This document shows, in pieces, positions 23,001-35,734 of a DNA stretch of 64,000 bases. The first letter of the stretch is position 1. Each line of letters begins with the position of its first letter. This DNA comes from Lingula anatina. Its lineage: Eukaryota; Animalia; Brachiopoda. The notes beneath the pieces are model-generated. The model was not told the DNA's origin, did no database searches, and worked only from the letters and a program-made list of their open reading frames with translations. The position numbers were made by a program, and so were the translations under genes. The stretch lies in assembly GCA_051362555.1 (NCBI GenBank), contig CM120646.1:15314001-15378000 (forward strand), read 5' to 3'.

Positions 23001-26000
23001 TAAACTGGTGGTATCTAATTCTATAAACGATGTTTTCTCACCAAGATTCCTAAAACAAAATATCATAATACCTATAGCAAAACATATTGAACTTTTAGAC
23101 TGTGTGTGTGTGTGTGTGTGTGTGCGTGTGTGTGTGTGTGTGTTTGGGAGGGGAGGTGTTTTCCTACATGTATATTCACACAAAGCACTCTTGAAGCCCC
23201 TTTCTTAATTGTAATTCTAACAATTATTCATGAAAATTTAAACACAAGTTTCAATACAGTTTGCCAGAATTTGCTAAATATGAAACTTCTTAAATTAATA
23301 GACTTAATGAAAGTTTATCTCAATTATTTCAACAAAGAAATGAATAAAGTAAATCAAGAAATTCATATAATAATTCTACAAATGTATCTAAATATGTCTG
23401 TGTGTGTGTTTCTTACCATGATGTTGTTTTGTATCCATATTTCTGCTCTGCTATAGCTGTCACCAAGTGCTGTGCTGAAGACAATCAAATGCTAGAGATG
23501 TTATCATCTTGCAGATGATTAATCACTCATCATGCCTCAGAATTCACCAAAAATTCATAACAACAACAATTTTACTGAGCCACCAGACAGAATCATTACT
23601 TTTTTCAATATATCAACTGATTAATGGTACAAAAAAAATATTTCAATCCTATCATATTGCCATTCTTCTTTGCACCATGAACATTTGTTTTTCTTTTTTT
23701 TTCTTTAAACAAAATTTGGACGTTTCATTTTGATTAATATCAATATTGAGCCACAGGTATTATTTATGACATTTCAATCAAATCTCACACCAATTATTAC
23801 CAGAGTGTTGTTGCATGTGGTCAAACCTCCGTGTCCAGTCCACAGTCACCTTGACCTCAGAGTTGACCTCCAGGTCAGACTGAACAAAATGGACAGCTTC
23901 GGCCCCTCGCCTTGTTACACGATGGACATCCACACTATTTATCTAAAATAATAAAACTGTGAAGTTTGGATAAGTCAGGCATAGTCAAACTAAGAAAACT
24001 ATAACTAACTAAGCAAGTTTTACAGTTTAAAATAGACATGGACAACAACACCATTCATCTAAAATTAGCAAGTTGTGTGTTTTAAGACATACAAGAATAT
24101 TCACCTCATTCATGACCAATACTTAGAACAAAATGTCTGTTCAAGTAAAATAAAAGCTGTTCTCGAGACATCACTGGTGATAATATTTTCTAAGCAAATG
24201 TATTTCTTTCTTTGAAAAAAAAAATAATAATAATTTACAAACACAGTTTAGCCAAGAAGGAAAGTGTCTCAGAAAACTGTTCCATTTGAATAAAACTTGT
24301 TATGATGTTGTACATTACACAATAAAGGACTAACCTTCCCTCGGTCATCTGGCTGAAAAACATCACATCAAAAATATATTAAGTATGAAATAAGAATTAA
24401 TATTCACTTTAGAGGCATTGAAAATTGATGCTCATGACTCATAATTGCAAATTTAAAGCTTTTGGCCATAGATTGTACACTAGTTATGTCACAGAAGGCA
24501 AAATCTCGGCCATTGTTTTGATCACTCTGACGTATGATTACACTAGGGCCAAGTGCATCAAGAAGGGAGCAATTAACTCTGTGGGTCTGTAGCACATACA
24601 CAAATCTCAAATGTTTTATTTTTTTGTAAAATAGATATATGGAAATATCAATCTTAATGACTGGCTGTAAAAGGACATAGAAAAGGGAAAAAATGTTTTT
24701 AGTCGGTTCATTCACATACCTGACCTCCACCCTCTGGAAATAACACTGTATCTTCTAATATGACTTCAAATCCTTCCAACTTTTGTTTCTTTCCATTTAC
24801 GACTGTTTGTAAACGGGCTGGGACACGTGACTTCACCCTAGTGCTCAGCTGAAACAAGATTATCCCAAAGATTGACATAAATTCAGTTGTTCAATATATC
24901 CTTCTAGTGAAAACTTGTTTAGGCAATGCTCTTTAGGTGGGAGAGTAAATTTAAATACTGTCATTTATCATAAACATAATCTCCTTATTATTTCGCTACT
25001 ATCTCGTTATTATCTCATTACTGAGTTTACAAGAGTGAAACACTATAAGCAACATTGTTAGGGTGAATGGACAGACTTCAAAACTGGCGGCCAAATCTGA
25101 TTATCTCTGGACTTATGTGAAAAAAAGGGCAAAAAGTGAGAGGAAAGGTGAAGTAGGAAATAAATACAATTTCACTTTTTTATTATTAAAACATTCACAG
25201 ATGTGCCAGAGACTTGAATACGGCTAATCACACCAACTAGGTATATCACAATCCGCTAGGGGCGCTACAGTCGTAACTATCCAGGGGCAGTGAAGTGTAA
25301 AACTGAAGTCGGCCTGCTGACAGTTCGCCTATGGAACCCCTTTTTTAAATCTCTCTTTTAGTGCCGCGTAAAAAAACTAATACAAGCCATTAACTAAATA
25401 AGCTGTAAATCAATGAGTAAAATCCAGTCACGTGATTTTCCCGTGTTGCAGTCTTTGAGAAGTTTCAGTTCAGGGTATTTTGAAGTTTTGCCTCGACAAA
25501 ATGCTCAAAAATGTCAGGGAAGTACTGGTTTCCGCATTTTGAAATTTATATCCTATAAAGTTTATGAAATTTGCAATATTATATAGAAAAATCATGAAAA
25601 TTAAACCATGCGAAGTATAGTTTATTTGATGCGCAATATTTATAGTACATGATCTGCACAGAATCCATCCCAGCCATGTGCTTGTGCGGTCGCCAATTTG
25701 GGTTTGTTTCCGGGTCATTAGATTAACATACAGCCATAATTGCCCTGATTGGTCACAAGCAATTTGAGGTGCAGCTACAGCTGAGTGATCACCGCTGGTC
25801 AGTAGTGACAGGTTTTAACCTGCAGAGTGTGGACACTTTTGGTGAATTTTTGCAGTTCAAAAACTTCAATATCTTTGTTGCTTGTAGGAATATTTAAAAA
25901 ATTCCAAGTGATTTCATCCGGTTTTTGCATTACCTTTCAGATGATATAAGTTTTATAATTTTCTGATCAGTTTGAAAATTTTTCTGATATACAGTGTACC

Positions 26001-26211
26001 TACACCAACTTCCTTAAATAAATTATATGTCCAGAGCATAAAACAACATAAAACAAAACACAACTATAATCTGTGAAGATACAGTAGTGAAGCATAAAAC
26101 TCATTGATCAAATCTGAGCTTGTTATTTACGGTTTGGACTAAGCATTTGTTGGAAAACACCTTATTCTCTACCTCTCTCAAATAACCATCCTTCTGACAG
26201 GACAGCGCCAT
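20026..26211 (-). CDS. AARSD1: Alanyl-tRNA editing protein AARSD1 (AlaX); 13 coding exons, 412 aa
   Basis: Exons on - strand: 26211-26173, 24848-24720, 24352-24335, 23942-23801, 23474-23417, 23049-22890, 22549-22433, 22122-21992, 21575-21509, 21112-21021, 20874-20820, 20573-20479, 20161-20026. Total 1239 nt, open frame. Motifs MALSCQKDGYLRE, DTVLFPEGGGQPDDRG, RRFDHMQQHSAQHL (HxxxH), NMCCGTHV (CxxxH), GKKGRFQGKANKL. Confidence 0.96.
23101..23142. repeat. (TG)n microsatellite
   Basis: TG dinucleotide run in an AARSD1 intron. Confidence 0.9.
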
Positions 26212-26640
26212 GTCAAATCTCGTCCACTCTCGCATATCGAGACCACAACGTGGTGCATCTTGGGTAATTTCAGCCATTTTCTGGGAAAGGTAGAAAATGT
26301 AAAACATCACTAAAACCAGGCTTATTTTTCCACATATCATAAACAAAGGGCCCGTATATTATTTCAGAGGTAAGTGACGCCCTTATCCTTTCAAATTTTT
26401 GCAACGTCATTAACCAAAAGTAGCTTTTTAAGAAGTTCAAGGAATGCAAACCAAGGCCGTCTGCCTTGAAGTTTCACTGTTGTGATATTGCGGTGACTCA
26501 GCTGACTACCTTAACAGGGGTAGATCTGTCAACCCGAAAGATTCACATCACCTCGGCATGGTGTACCCTAGAGTCTCATTTACCAAAACAAAAAGTATTG
26601 TTTGATCGTTTCACTTTCGTCTTTGGCGTTTTGTAAGTGG
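26212..26640. promoter_or_regulatory. Probable bidirectional promoter region of AARSD1 and the MBD5-like gene
   Basis: The genes are head-to-head. There is a YY1-like GCCATTTT at ~26273, TGACTCA at ~26494, locally more CpG, and plus-strand donor-like GTAAGT at 26370 and 26633 that could end a non-coding first exon of MBD5. Transcription start sites are not observable. Confidence 0.45.
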
Positions 26641-28232
26641 AAATCCACGAAGAGTTACATTACTTGGGTTTATAACTCGATCCTAAGAACAATTTACCTG
26701 TTTGATACATCGTTTGTTTTTAAAGCAGGGATGCGCAATCAAACTTTTCTATTCAACCAAGGATTTTAATCTTCTTACATGTATGTATAGGTATGAATAT
26801 AAATAAGACAGAGTTTTCACAAGTCTGTTTGGGAAAATAGTGAAAGATAATGTGGATGGTTAATCAGTATAGAAAAAAAAGAAAGCATCTGCATAGTAAA
26901 AAAGATAGCATCATTATCATGTTAGTGCTCATTTCAGTTGTTTACAATTAGACAGACAATGTGATCAGCTGTCATCTAAGTTTAGGATCTTACTAGTACT
27001 TTGCTACATGGTTCTGCTGCAAGTAAGGCCTCAAAGACATGACTTAGGTGAATTGCAAATTAGTACACAAGTTGATGAAGTGCTGAACAAACCAAGTACT
27101 GTCTCACTGCCTTTAACCAGTTTGTGCATGTGATGAATTAAAGGGGATTTTAAGATTTTCATTAAATGTGTCTTAACTTATCTATTGACATGCTGACATA
27201 TCGCAACTGATACTCTCAAAGATGGACCAGGTAAACACCTTAAAATACTATTCTAATATGACCTACTTTCATATTACTGTAGTTTTAACTTTAGGTGATC
27301 ATCACATTCTACTTATATATCAATATATGATGTCCAAATTTACAAATATTTTCATATAGGTGCTTTTAAAGTTCAAACTGTGAAAGTAGGCCAAGTTTGT
27401 ACTTTATTTTCCACAGACTTCCTTGCTATATCACTGGTTTACAATATGAGTACCTAAGGTCTAAGTCATGGTTAGAGAAGAGCAGAGTAAGCCCTTAGAC
27501 TGAGTTTAGATCAGCTGTAGACCTGTATACACATTAAATTTGCATAACAGTCAGTAATGAATAAAAATACCCAGAAATCTTTAGTCCAGACATTTGTTTG
27601 CTTTATTGATGTAAAGTGTCACCTGTGTAATTAACAAGCAAGTGGTAAGGGACAATTTTACAGTGATTTGGTAAGGGACCATTTTATATACTTGATTAAC
27701 GTACAAAACAATGCAGCTCCTATGACAAATGGTTATAAAAAGTATAACCACTATCTGTGCATGTTGAACCTCCAATCAACCCACAATGTAAGGACTTTTA
27801 CATTGATTTTTATCGAACTCCAATTTTAAGCTTAAACATCGAATTTGATCAAAGGTTTTAATCAGCACTAGGATTGCAATGAATATTTATGTAAGTATCA
27901 GAAAATGACCATTGTGGCATTTAGTTGTAGTCTACTTTTCATCTTTTTTATCATTCCAGGGTTTCCTCTGAAGATTGCAAAGGGGCAGGTGTTACAGAAA
28001 TATAAAACCATGTATGATAAGGTTACCTAAGGATTAAAATAATTTTTCCTGAACCTTGGAAGAACAGTTCACTATCAAAAAATGAATCAAATATGTGAAG
28101 TGGCCTGGACTGGGTAAAGTGATAAGAAACACGTTGCGTTTGGAGCGACAGTGTGTTGGCTATGACAGGGTGTATGGTGTGACATAGTGACCCATGTAGC
28201 AGCATACATTGTCATAATGAGCCCTGTACACC

Positions 28233-31200
28233 ATGGCATCACATCAGGAGAGAATTACACCATCAGATGCTGAGTTTTTTAGTAACAATGTGGATACCAG
28301 CAATTTATCAGAGAACACAACAAAGATTTTGTTTCACTCTTCTTCAAGTAGCACAACAACAACAACAACAACAACAGTCCCTGCTGGTGGAGTTTTTGAA
28401 CTTAATACCACAGCGCCTCTGGATATTAACGCAGTAAAATCTGCTACGGTAGACACCAGTAGCGAATTACCAGCCCAGCGTCATGGAGCACTTTCAGCAG
28501 GCCTCAAAAGGCCAGGCATGTCTCAGAAGAGAGAACTTATGGGCATGATCAGTGAGAAACATGCACGGGATGCTGTCATGGCTTTAGTTGGCAGCAAGGC
28601 TAATAATAACAAAAATGAGACACTTCTCAGTGCGTCAGTTTTAGAGGCTAACCAGAGTTTTGACGTCAGTGTGAATTCTTTGATGTCAGGTTCTTTACCC
28701 AGGGATCTGGAAACTACCACTAATTTGTCAGAAGGTTCCACCATGTTTAATAATCCAGGTGATCATTCGTGTGTTGGGTATTATGGTGCTGCATCAGTGC
28801 CAGATACCAATGACTCTCTTGCATCAGGAGATGGAAGTGTTAAGGTTGTGAATGAAAACAGTACTGGACTTAACACTGCTATGGGTGATATGTTGAATGA
28901 CAGCAGAGGATTGGCTGAGATTAAAAATATACATAGCAACTTTTCAAATGCACACAATTGCTTGGATATGGAAACTATGTTGCCTCCTGGCTGTTTGGTT
29001 GAAAATAAAAGTGTTCAGGCCCTTTCTGGAAGAACCGCAGTTGGGGATGATAACAATATGATTCCAGAGTGTCCTTGTCCGACAGATATAGACATCTCAA
29101 CCAACAGCAACCATATAAGAGGTACATTATATACACCACACACAGCTGTGGGGTCTACTCACTGTGTTGGCACTTTACACCTCTCAGTTAAGGCAACTGA
29201 TGTGACCATTTCTACCAACTGTGATGATGGCTCTTTGGCAGAGTCAACCGCAGTGACTTCATGTATAGAAAAAAAGGGCAAGGAAGGTATAGCTGTGCAA
29301 GGCAGTGATGCTATTGTAGATAACACCCATTCATCTGTGGATAACACGCCTCTAAAAGGCATAAAAGTAGACACGGAGAATGTCCCTGTTCAAGGTGGAC
29401 TGGTCAGTACACGGCCATACAGTTATGGTGATCCTAAGCAACTCCCTCTTGTCAGTGCACACTGGGCAGCAGAGCAGTCCCAGCAGCAGAATATTGGTGC
29501 GCTATCGCCTAACAGTGCTGCAGCTGCTGCTAGTGCATGTGGAAATGGACAAGGAGGCAGTGAAATAACCCGAGTGACTAATTCTTGCCAGTTGAAAATG
29601 TCTGTGACATTTCCAGAGGCAGCAGGACTGGGGCAGCCGCAGCAGCAGAATTGGAGCTTGGAGTCTGATAGCGCTTTGTTGGATGCTGAGTCACATGAGT
29701 TACCACAGGGTGATGACACAGAGAGTGATACTCGAGACAGTGAAATGGAAACTATAAACTTGAATATTGCAACAGGTGCTAGTACGCCAAATGAACTGAT
29801 AGATGGTTGCGAAGTGGAAGAGAGTGACACCCAATCATCACTTTTGGAACATGGGACTGAAAACCTGCCAATTGCCACAGGAGGGTCAGGCAGCTGTTTA
29901 CTCCCTGGAAGTGACAATCCATTCCTCACCTCGGTCATTTCTACTAGTCCGCCCACCCTGACCGGGGTCTCTCATAGCGTGTCAAGGAGTACCACAAGTC
30001 TGGTGACCACCCAGGCAGCTGGTTCTGCAGCCCTAGCTAGTGTGTTAAGTTCAGTCTCGGCGAGTCCCCCTTATACCTTGCCAACCAATATCATATGTAC
30101 ATCTACTGTGACAGATCTGATGGCGGCTGCAGCAGTGGCCAACTCTCCCTACCCTCTGACGGGAAATCTTCCTGCTGTAATTCCTATGTCAAACTCAATG
30201 TTGGGATTAGGACCTCTGACTGCTAATGTTGCTGGTCTCCTCCCCACTGGGACTAATAATGCATTGACTTCAATACCTTTCTTAATTGGTTGTGTTCCAC
30301 CTAACATGCCCACAGTTTTACCAACAAATTTGATTCCATTATTGGCAGGAGGAGGTGGGCAAGCATTAGTGGGCGTTCCTGTGAGTCAAATGACTGCTGC
30401 CATGGCAACATCAATTCAACCAACAACACAGGACCCCATGAATAAACAACTTTTAGAATCTCCACCACAACAGCATCCCCAGCAACTTGCATCCCAGATG
30501 ATGCCACAAGATCAAAATAAACATATTCCTTCATTATCCACAGTCACAAATATGATAACGCTCACAAACTCTTCTTCCAACAATGGGAGCAGTAATTTTA
30601 CTGCCTCAGCCCACCTGGCTGCCATGGCTACTGGCTCTGGACCCCAGTCAGATGTAACCATGGCAACTAATACTGCTGCAGTGACTTTCACCACATCCAC
30701 CCCAGTCATGCAGGCCCTATTGAATGCCCCTCCCGTCATTGCTAGAGTTTTACCCAATGATAATGCATTATTTCACCCTGGCAGTAGTGTTCCCATGGCA
30801 ACAAATGACATGTCTACTCCACCACCCCCTAGAATCACAGCGTCAGCCGTAACACCATTGCCAATGACAATGAACACTGTCAGCAAGGAGTTGAATGCTG
30901 AAAATGTGCCACCAACACCATCAACACCATTATTATCATCATCGTCTGTGATAGGCTCTAGTAGCAATGTTATTTCCATGGAGGATGTGAGCACTGGTGC
31001 TGTAACCATGACAATGGGAGAGGAGGGTTGTTCCACTGGAGAGAAGAACACACAAGAGACAGTTCCAGTGCCATTTGGCTGGTCAAGACATCTAGAAAAT
31101 GGGGCTGTGACATATTACAGGTAAATGTTCAATGAGGATTCTTTTAAATAATATGATAATGGTTATCACAGTGATTTTCAGTTAGAAGTAATGGTCTAAC

Positions 31201-33935
31201 AAATTGCACATAATAAATTCTGTCACTATTACAACATATAGCAATGATCTGTTTAAGAAAATTGAGGCATGTCGAATAAAAACAGCATAGATCCTTGCTA
31301 CCCAGTACAAATTGACATTTGTACAAACTGAAGGTTAGCTTCATATCATTTTACCTCCAAATAACATGATTTTATGTTTATAAACGCCAAATAGAGCGTT
31401 TATCTTTAGTCAGATCATAAAGAAGATTATGTGTGTGTTTGTGCATTAGTGAGTGAGGGAGGGAAAAAAACAAAAAAGGAGAGAGGAGTAAATTATTTGG
31501 ATTGATGATGAGTGCTCATATTTTCTGTGCTTGTATTTATCTGATAAAAAATCTGTTTCTAAAGAGACTTCAGATATGTTTCTTTACCTGTTTGGCATGA
31601 TGTTTTGACCCATCATCAATGGACCTTGATTGCATGTTTTTTGCTCAAAGTTTGATGACTACAAAAGAGGATTAATTAAATTTAGTTATTCATACAAAGT
31701 GCAACATTTCTACTTTTCCTTAAGAAAGCAAACTGAAGAAAATGCAACATTTTCTTTATTATTATTATTATTATTATTATATTTTTTTGTAAGGCCTTTT
31801 ATGTTTGTTTATATTGTTTGTTCATAAATCCCATAATTCATATTTTACATCATGAATCCCATGATCTGCCTGTTTAGAATGATGATTGATTGAGGATGAG
31901 CACTTTGAAAAACTGCAAAGATATAACAGAATACATAGCAAAATGGGTATAGGGCTTCATTTACTTGGATACAGAATTAATGAAAAATGTTTGTTATTGT
32001 GAGCACAAAATATGCAGAGAAGGAAAAGAATGCCTTAGTCATTTCTTTACAGTATTAACCCATTCCTTGGATATATCCTTTCAATTGTTTATGTAATGCA
32101 TGAACATATCTCATTTCACTAGTTGTGATAAGTTTGCGATAATTAATACACAGTACAGAAGTCACTCTTTCAATGTTCCTTTCATCTTTTTGTTGTTTGT
32201 GTGTGTGTTTGTGTTATAAAAACCCATGTCTTATCTTTTTTCAATATTTCTATAGAATCCCTAAGGATTATTGTCAAAACCAGGGCTTGGTTTTCTGTAA
32301 TTATGAAACAATGTTAACAAGAATAGAATTGATTTTGTATATTGGACACCATGTCTTTTGTTTTATGTTTTTATGGATTTCTCATGTAGCAGGATATTAT
32401 AAGATGTTTCTTTATTATATTTTATGTCAGTGGATAGGAAATTTGAAGCATTACAGTCAGATGATTGTTTGCTCATAATGTAAATTATCTAACTTCAAAA
32501 ACAGGAAATCTGTCTAAGGTTAAAAAGATTGTATTTTATTCCTCTGTTGGTTTTCAATTGTTGCAAGAACTCTCATGTTAAATGAATAGCCAAAGAATTG
32601 CTAGGAGAAACTGAGCTTGCATTGTCTCCTCAGAATGCAAGTACTTCATTATAACCAACAATACACATGGTGAATGTGCATTTAGAAATATTATTTCTAT
32701 TCATTTTATTGAAACTAAAAGTCATAAGCTTTCACAATTACATTAGAAATTCAATTGACACTTTCACTGTGGCCATCAAATTCTACTTTCATTGTCAATG
32801 GCTTGAACAGTGCTCCAAAATATAATCTCTAATTTTTTTAGGACTTGTCTTTGACAACTCAAAACACATGTAGCTGTGATAATGCCATTGTCAACTCCAG
32901 ATTACACAGACCTTCTGGTGTAGTGTCCAGTCACATGATTCGATTCAGTGGCCTCAAATTTTCTATTGTATACTAAACATGTGAAGTACTCCCTTTAAAG
33001 ATAATGTGATGTTGATATTCTTATCACAAATACCTGTTTTTTCCCCCTATTGTCCCATGTGGTTCTAAGAGTTTACAGTCAAGAATAGAAGATTTTAAAG
33101 TAAAACAATGTATCCATAGTCCCTAGTTGCCTTGAAGGCCTTGTAGCTACTCAAAAAACGTTGATATTTTCCAGAGGCATATTAACAAGGTAATATTCTT
33201 CTAGTTTTCTCAGCAGGATTCAAAGTAGCAACCTACACATTTGTATTGATTTACTACATAAATTTTGTAATTAATATTGCTTCTTTAATGTGTTTCTTCA
33301 TATAATTGACTTCTCTTTTTCATCCTGCACTATAGCATTTTTTTCTATAATAGCAAAACCTGCATCATCATCAAGAATTGTTCAGTCAATCTTTGCTTGC
33401 CTGTCTTGATTACACAGATGATAAAATGGAATGCAGATATTAACTGATTTTTAATACTCTGAGGAAATTCCTATGCTCATAAAAATAACTGCTCATTGGC
33501 TTTCAGTACCCTGCCTACCCTTTTTTTTTTTTCTGTCAAGAGTAATTTATCTGACCCATTTTTTTTTCATTTTATTTTGATTAAAAAACAATATGAAATG
33601 GCAAATTTTTTAACTCCATGAAATTTAATATTCCAGTACTCGTAGATAGCAAAATGAACCCTTTATCCCTGTGTAATTTGACTTTAAAGGGATTGTTTTC
33701 TAGTCAGTTTAAGGCTATTAGGTAAGACATTTTTTAGTAACAGATTGTTCATGTTACACAAGGTACACATGTGCCCAGCTGCAAGCCGAATGAGTAGTAT
33801 TTTGCAGACAGACCTGAGCTGTTCTTATTTGCTTGAGTATTAAGATGATGGTAGATCAATTGACAGAAATGATGAAAATACATTACCCTCTCCCTCATGT
33901 ACGTGCACACAAGAACACGCACATGTCAGAGGTAT

Positions 33936-34008
<73 letters not shown>

Positions 34009-35674
34009 CATATTTGTCAGAGGTATTTTCCTCTTATATTTCAGTGCAGTTAAGTATGCTCATTTTCTTGTTGTGGGTTTGTCTATTCTTGGAGTCATTG
34101 ATATTTTATATTTCTTACTTAAAATAGTAGGTTTTAAAGGAGATTATGTGTGTATTGGCTGTTAGTTTAACATTTAATTTTTTTTTTTTTACTTATTCAA
34201 AGAAGAATAGATAGTAATGTGCCTTGAAGAAGATTTATCTTAGGGGAATACAAACAGCTACAAACAGCACACGATTTAAGTTGTAAAGCAACAATTGCTA
34301 TTGATTCCACGACTGAATACATACAAAATTTTAACAGTTCATTTTCTTCCTCTTAAGTGCAAGCTTTGAAGACCTCCAGTTTTTCATTTATCGATAAACT
34401 TGGGTGTTCTATTTGTTGTTAAGTTGGCTTTATGGCATGCTCCAGTAATCCTGACTTTGTACTTGCATTGTTGCATGAACTGTAAAGAAATTGTTTCTAG
34501 TCAGAAGGTCATGCATCTCCATGGCAACATGTGACAACCAGCAACCCTTTTCAAATAGAAGTGTGCAGGGATAGCATTCATTCAAACAGGAAGTATACTG
34601 ATAATTTGGATAGAGATTTCCCTTTTAGTCTTCTTTTTCAGGAAAGGATTCATAAATCTTTGGTGTTTTTGTGTAGAATTAATTATAACTTGATATTATT
34701 GGTTTACATTTTTAAAATGACATGGGATTAATGAGAAAAGACCTTTTTAAACCCTTGATTATTAATTCTGTATGAAACTCTTTGTTCTAAGAGAGGTACA
34801 TCTTTGGAGTTATGTCCTTGAGCCAAGATTAAAAAAATCTTATTTGTATTCTAGCTTTCAAGTACTGTAATTTTGTGATTCTCCAGAAATGTAAAAGAAA
34901 AAAAAAAATAGAGCACATTCTTCTGAAGAATAATTGCATTTGGCCATTTGCCAATCAGTGAAGTGCCTTCCCATTTTAGTGAGCACTTAAAAAACAACAT
35001 TCTCTAACATATCATAAAAAAAAAACACATAATTGCATGAACCAAGCCATTTCTTCAGACTTGTTCAGGATTGAGCACTTAGCTGTCTATAAATAGGAGT
35101 TTCATGTAGAGAAAATTGCTGGCTCTCAGTATGGGATATTAGGCTTAATTTCATATGTCCTGAAAATGGATAATTGAAGGAAAGATAGTGTTTTGGCTTT
35201 TGGTTTAAAAAAAAATAGACATTTGAAGCATTTTTGGACAGGATTTTTTTTACTTGGGCCTTTTTAAAACAAATTTTCCATACATTTTGGTCTGTATTAT
35301 GTGGAATAAGAGCATTTGCGGTACATTAACATACAGTTTTCTTAGTGTTTAAATGGACCGAATACCTAATTAATTTAACAGTCCAAATACATTTGTTGGG
35401 AGGTATTGATCCAAAAGTGTTCTGTGATTTTTTCAATGTTTAAGAAATCTAATCTGCATGCTTCTCAATAACATGGTCCCAGCTGACTTTAATTAATGAA
35501 AAATCTGTCCAAAATGGCGCTTAAAAAACATTTATTCTAGAGTGCCTGTAAAATGGCAGAATTAATGAAATTGTTCCAACATGTATAATAGATGTACCTC
35601 ATTTGGGGCTTGTGGGATGTGGTTTGATGGAGAGAAAATCTGCAGTCTCCCAAAGCAAAATTTGATAAATTCAG

Positions 35675-35734
<60 letters not shown>

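Noticed and set aside
24930-26020. Possible DNA transposon in AARSD1 intron 1 (CpG-richer sequence ending ccttaa)
   Set aside because: I could not match terminal inverted repeats or find coding remnants.
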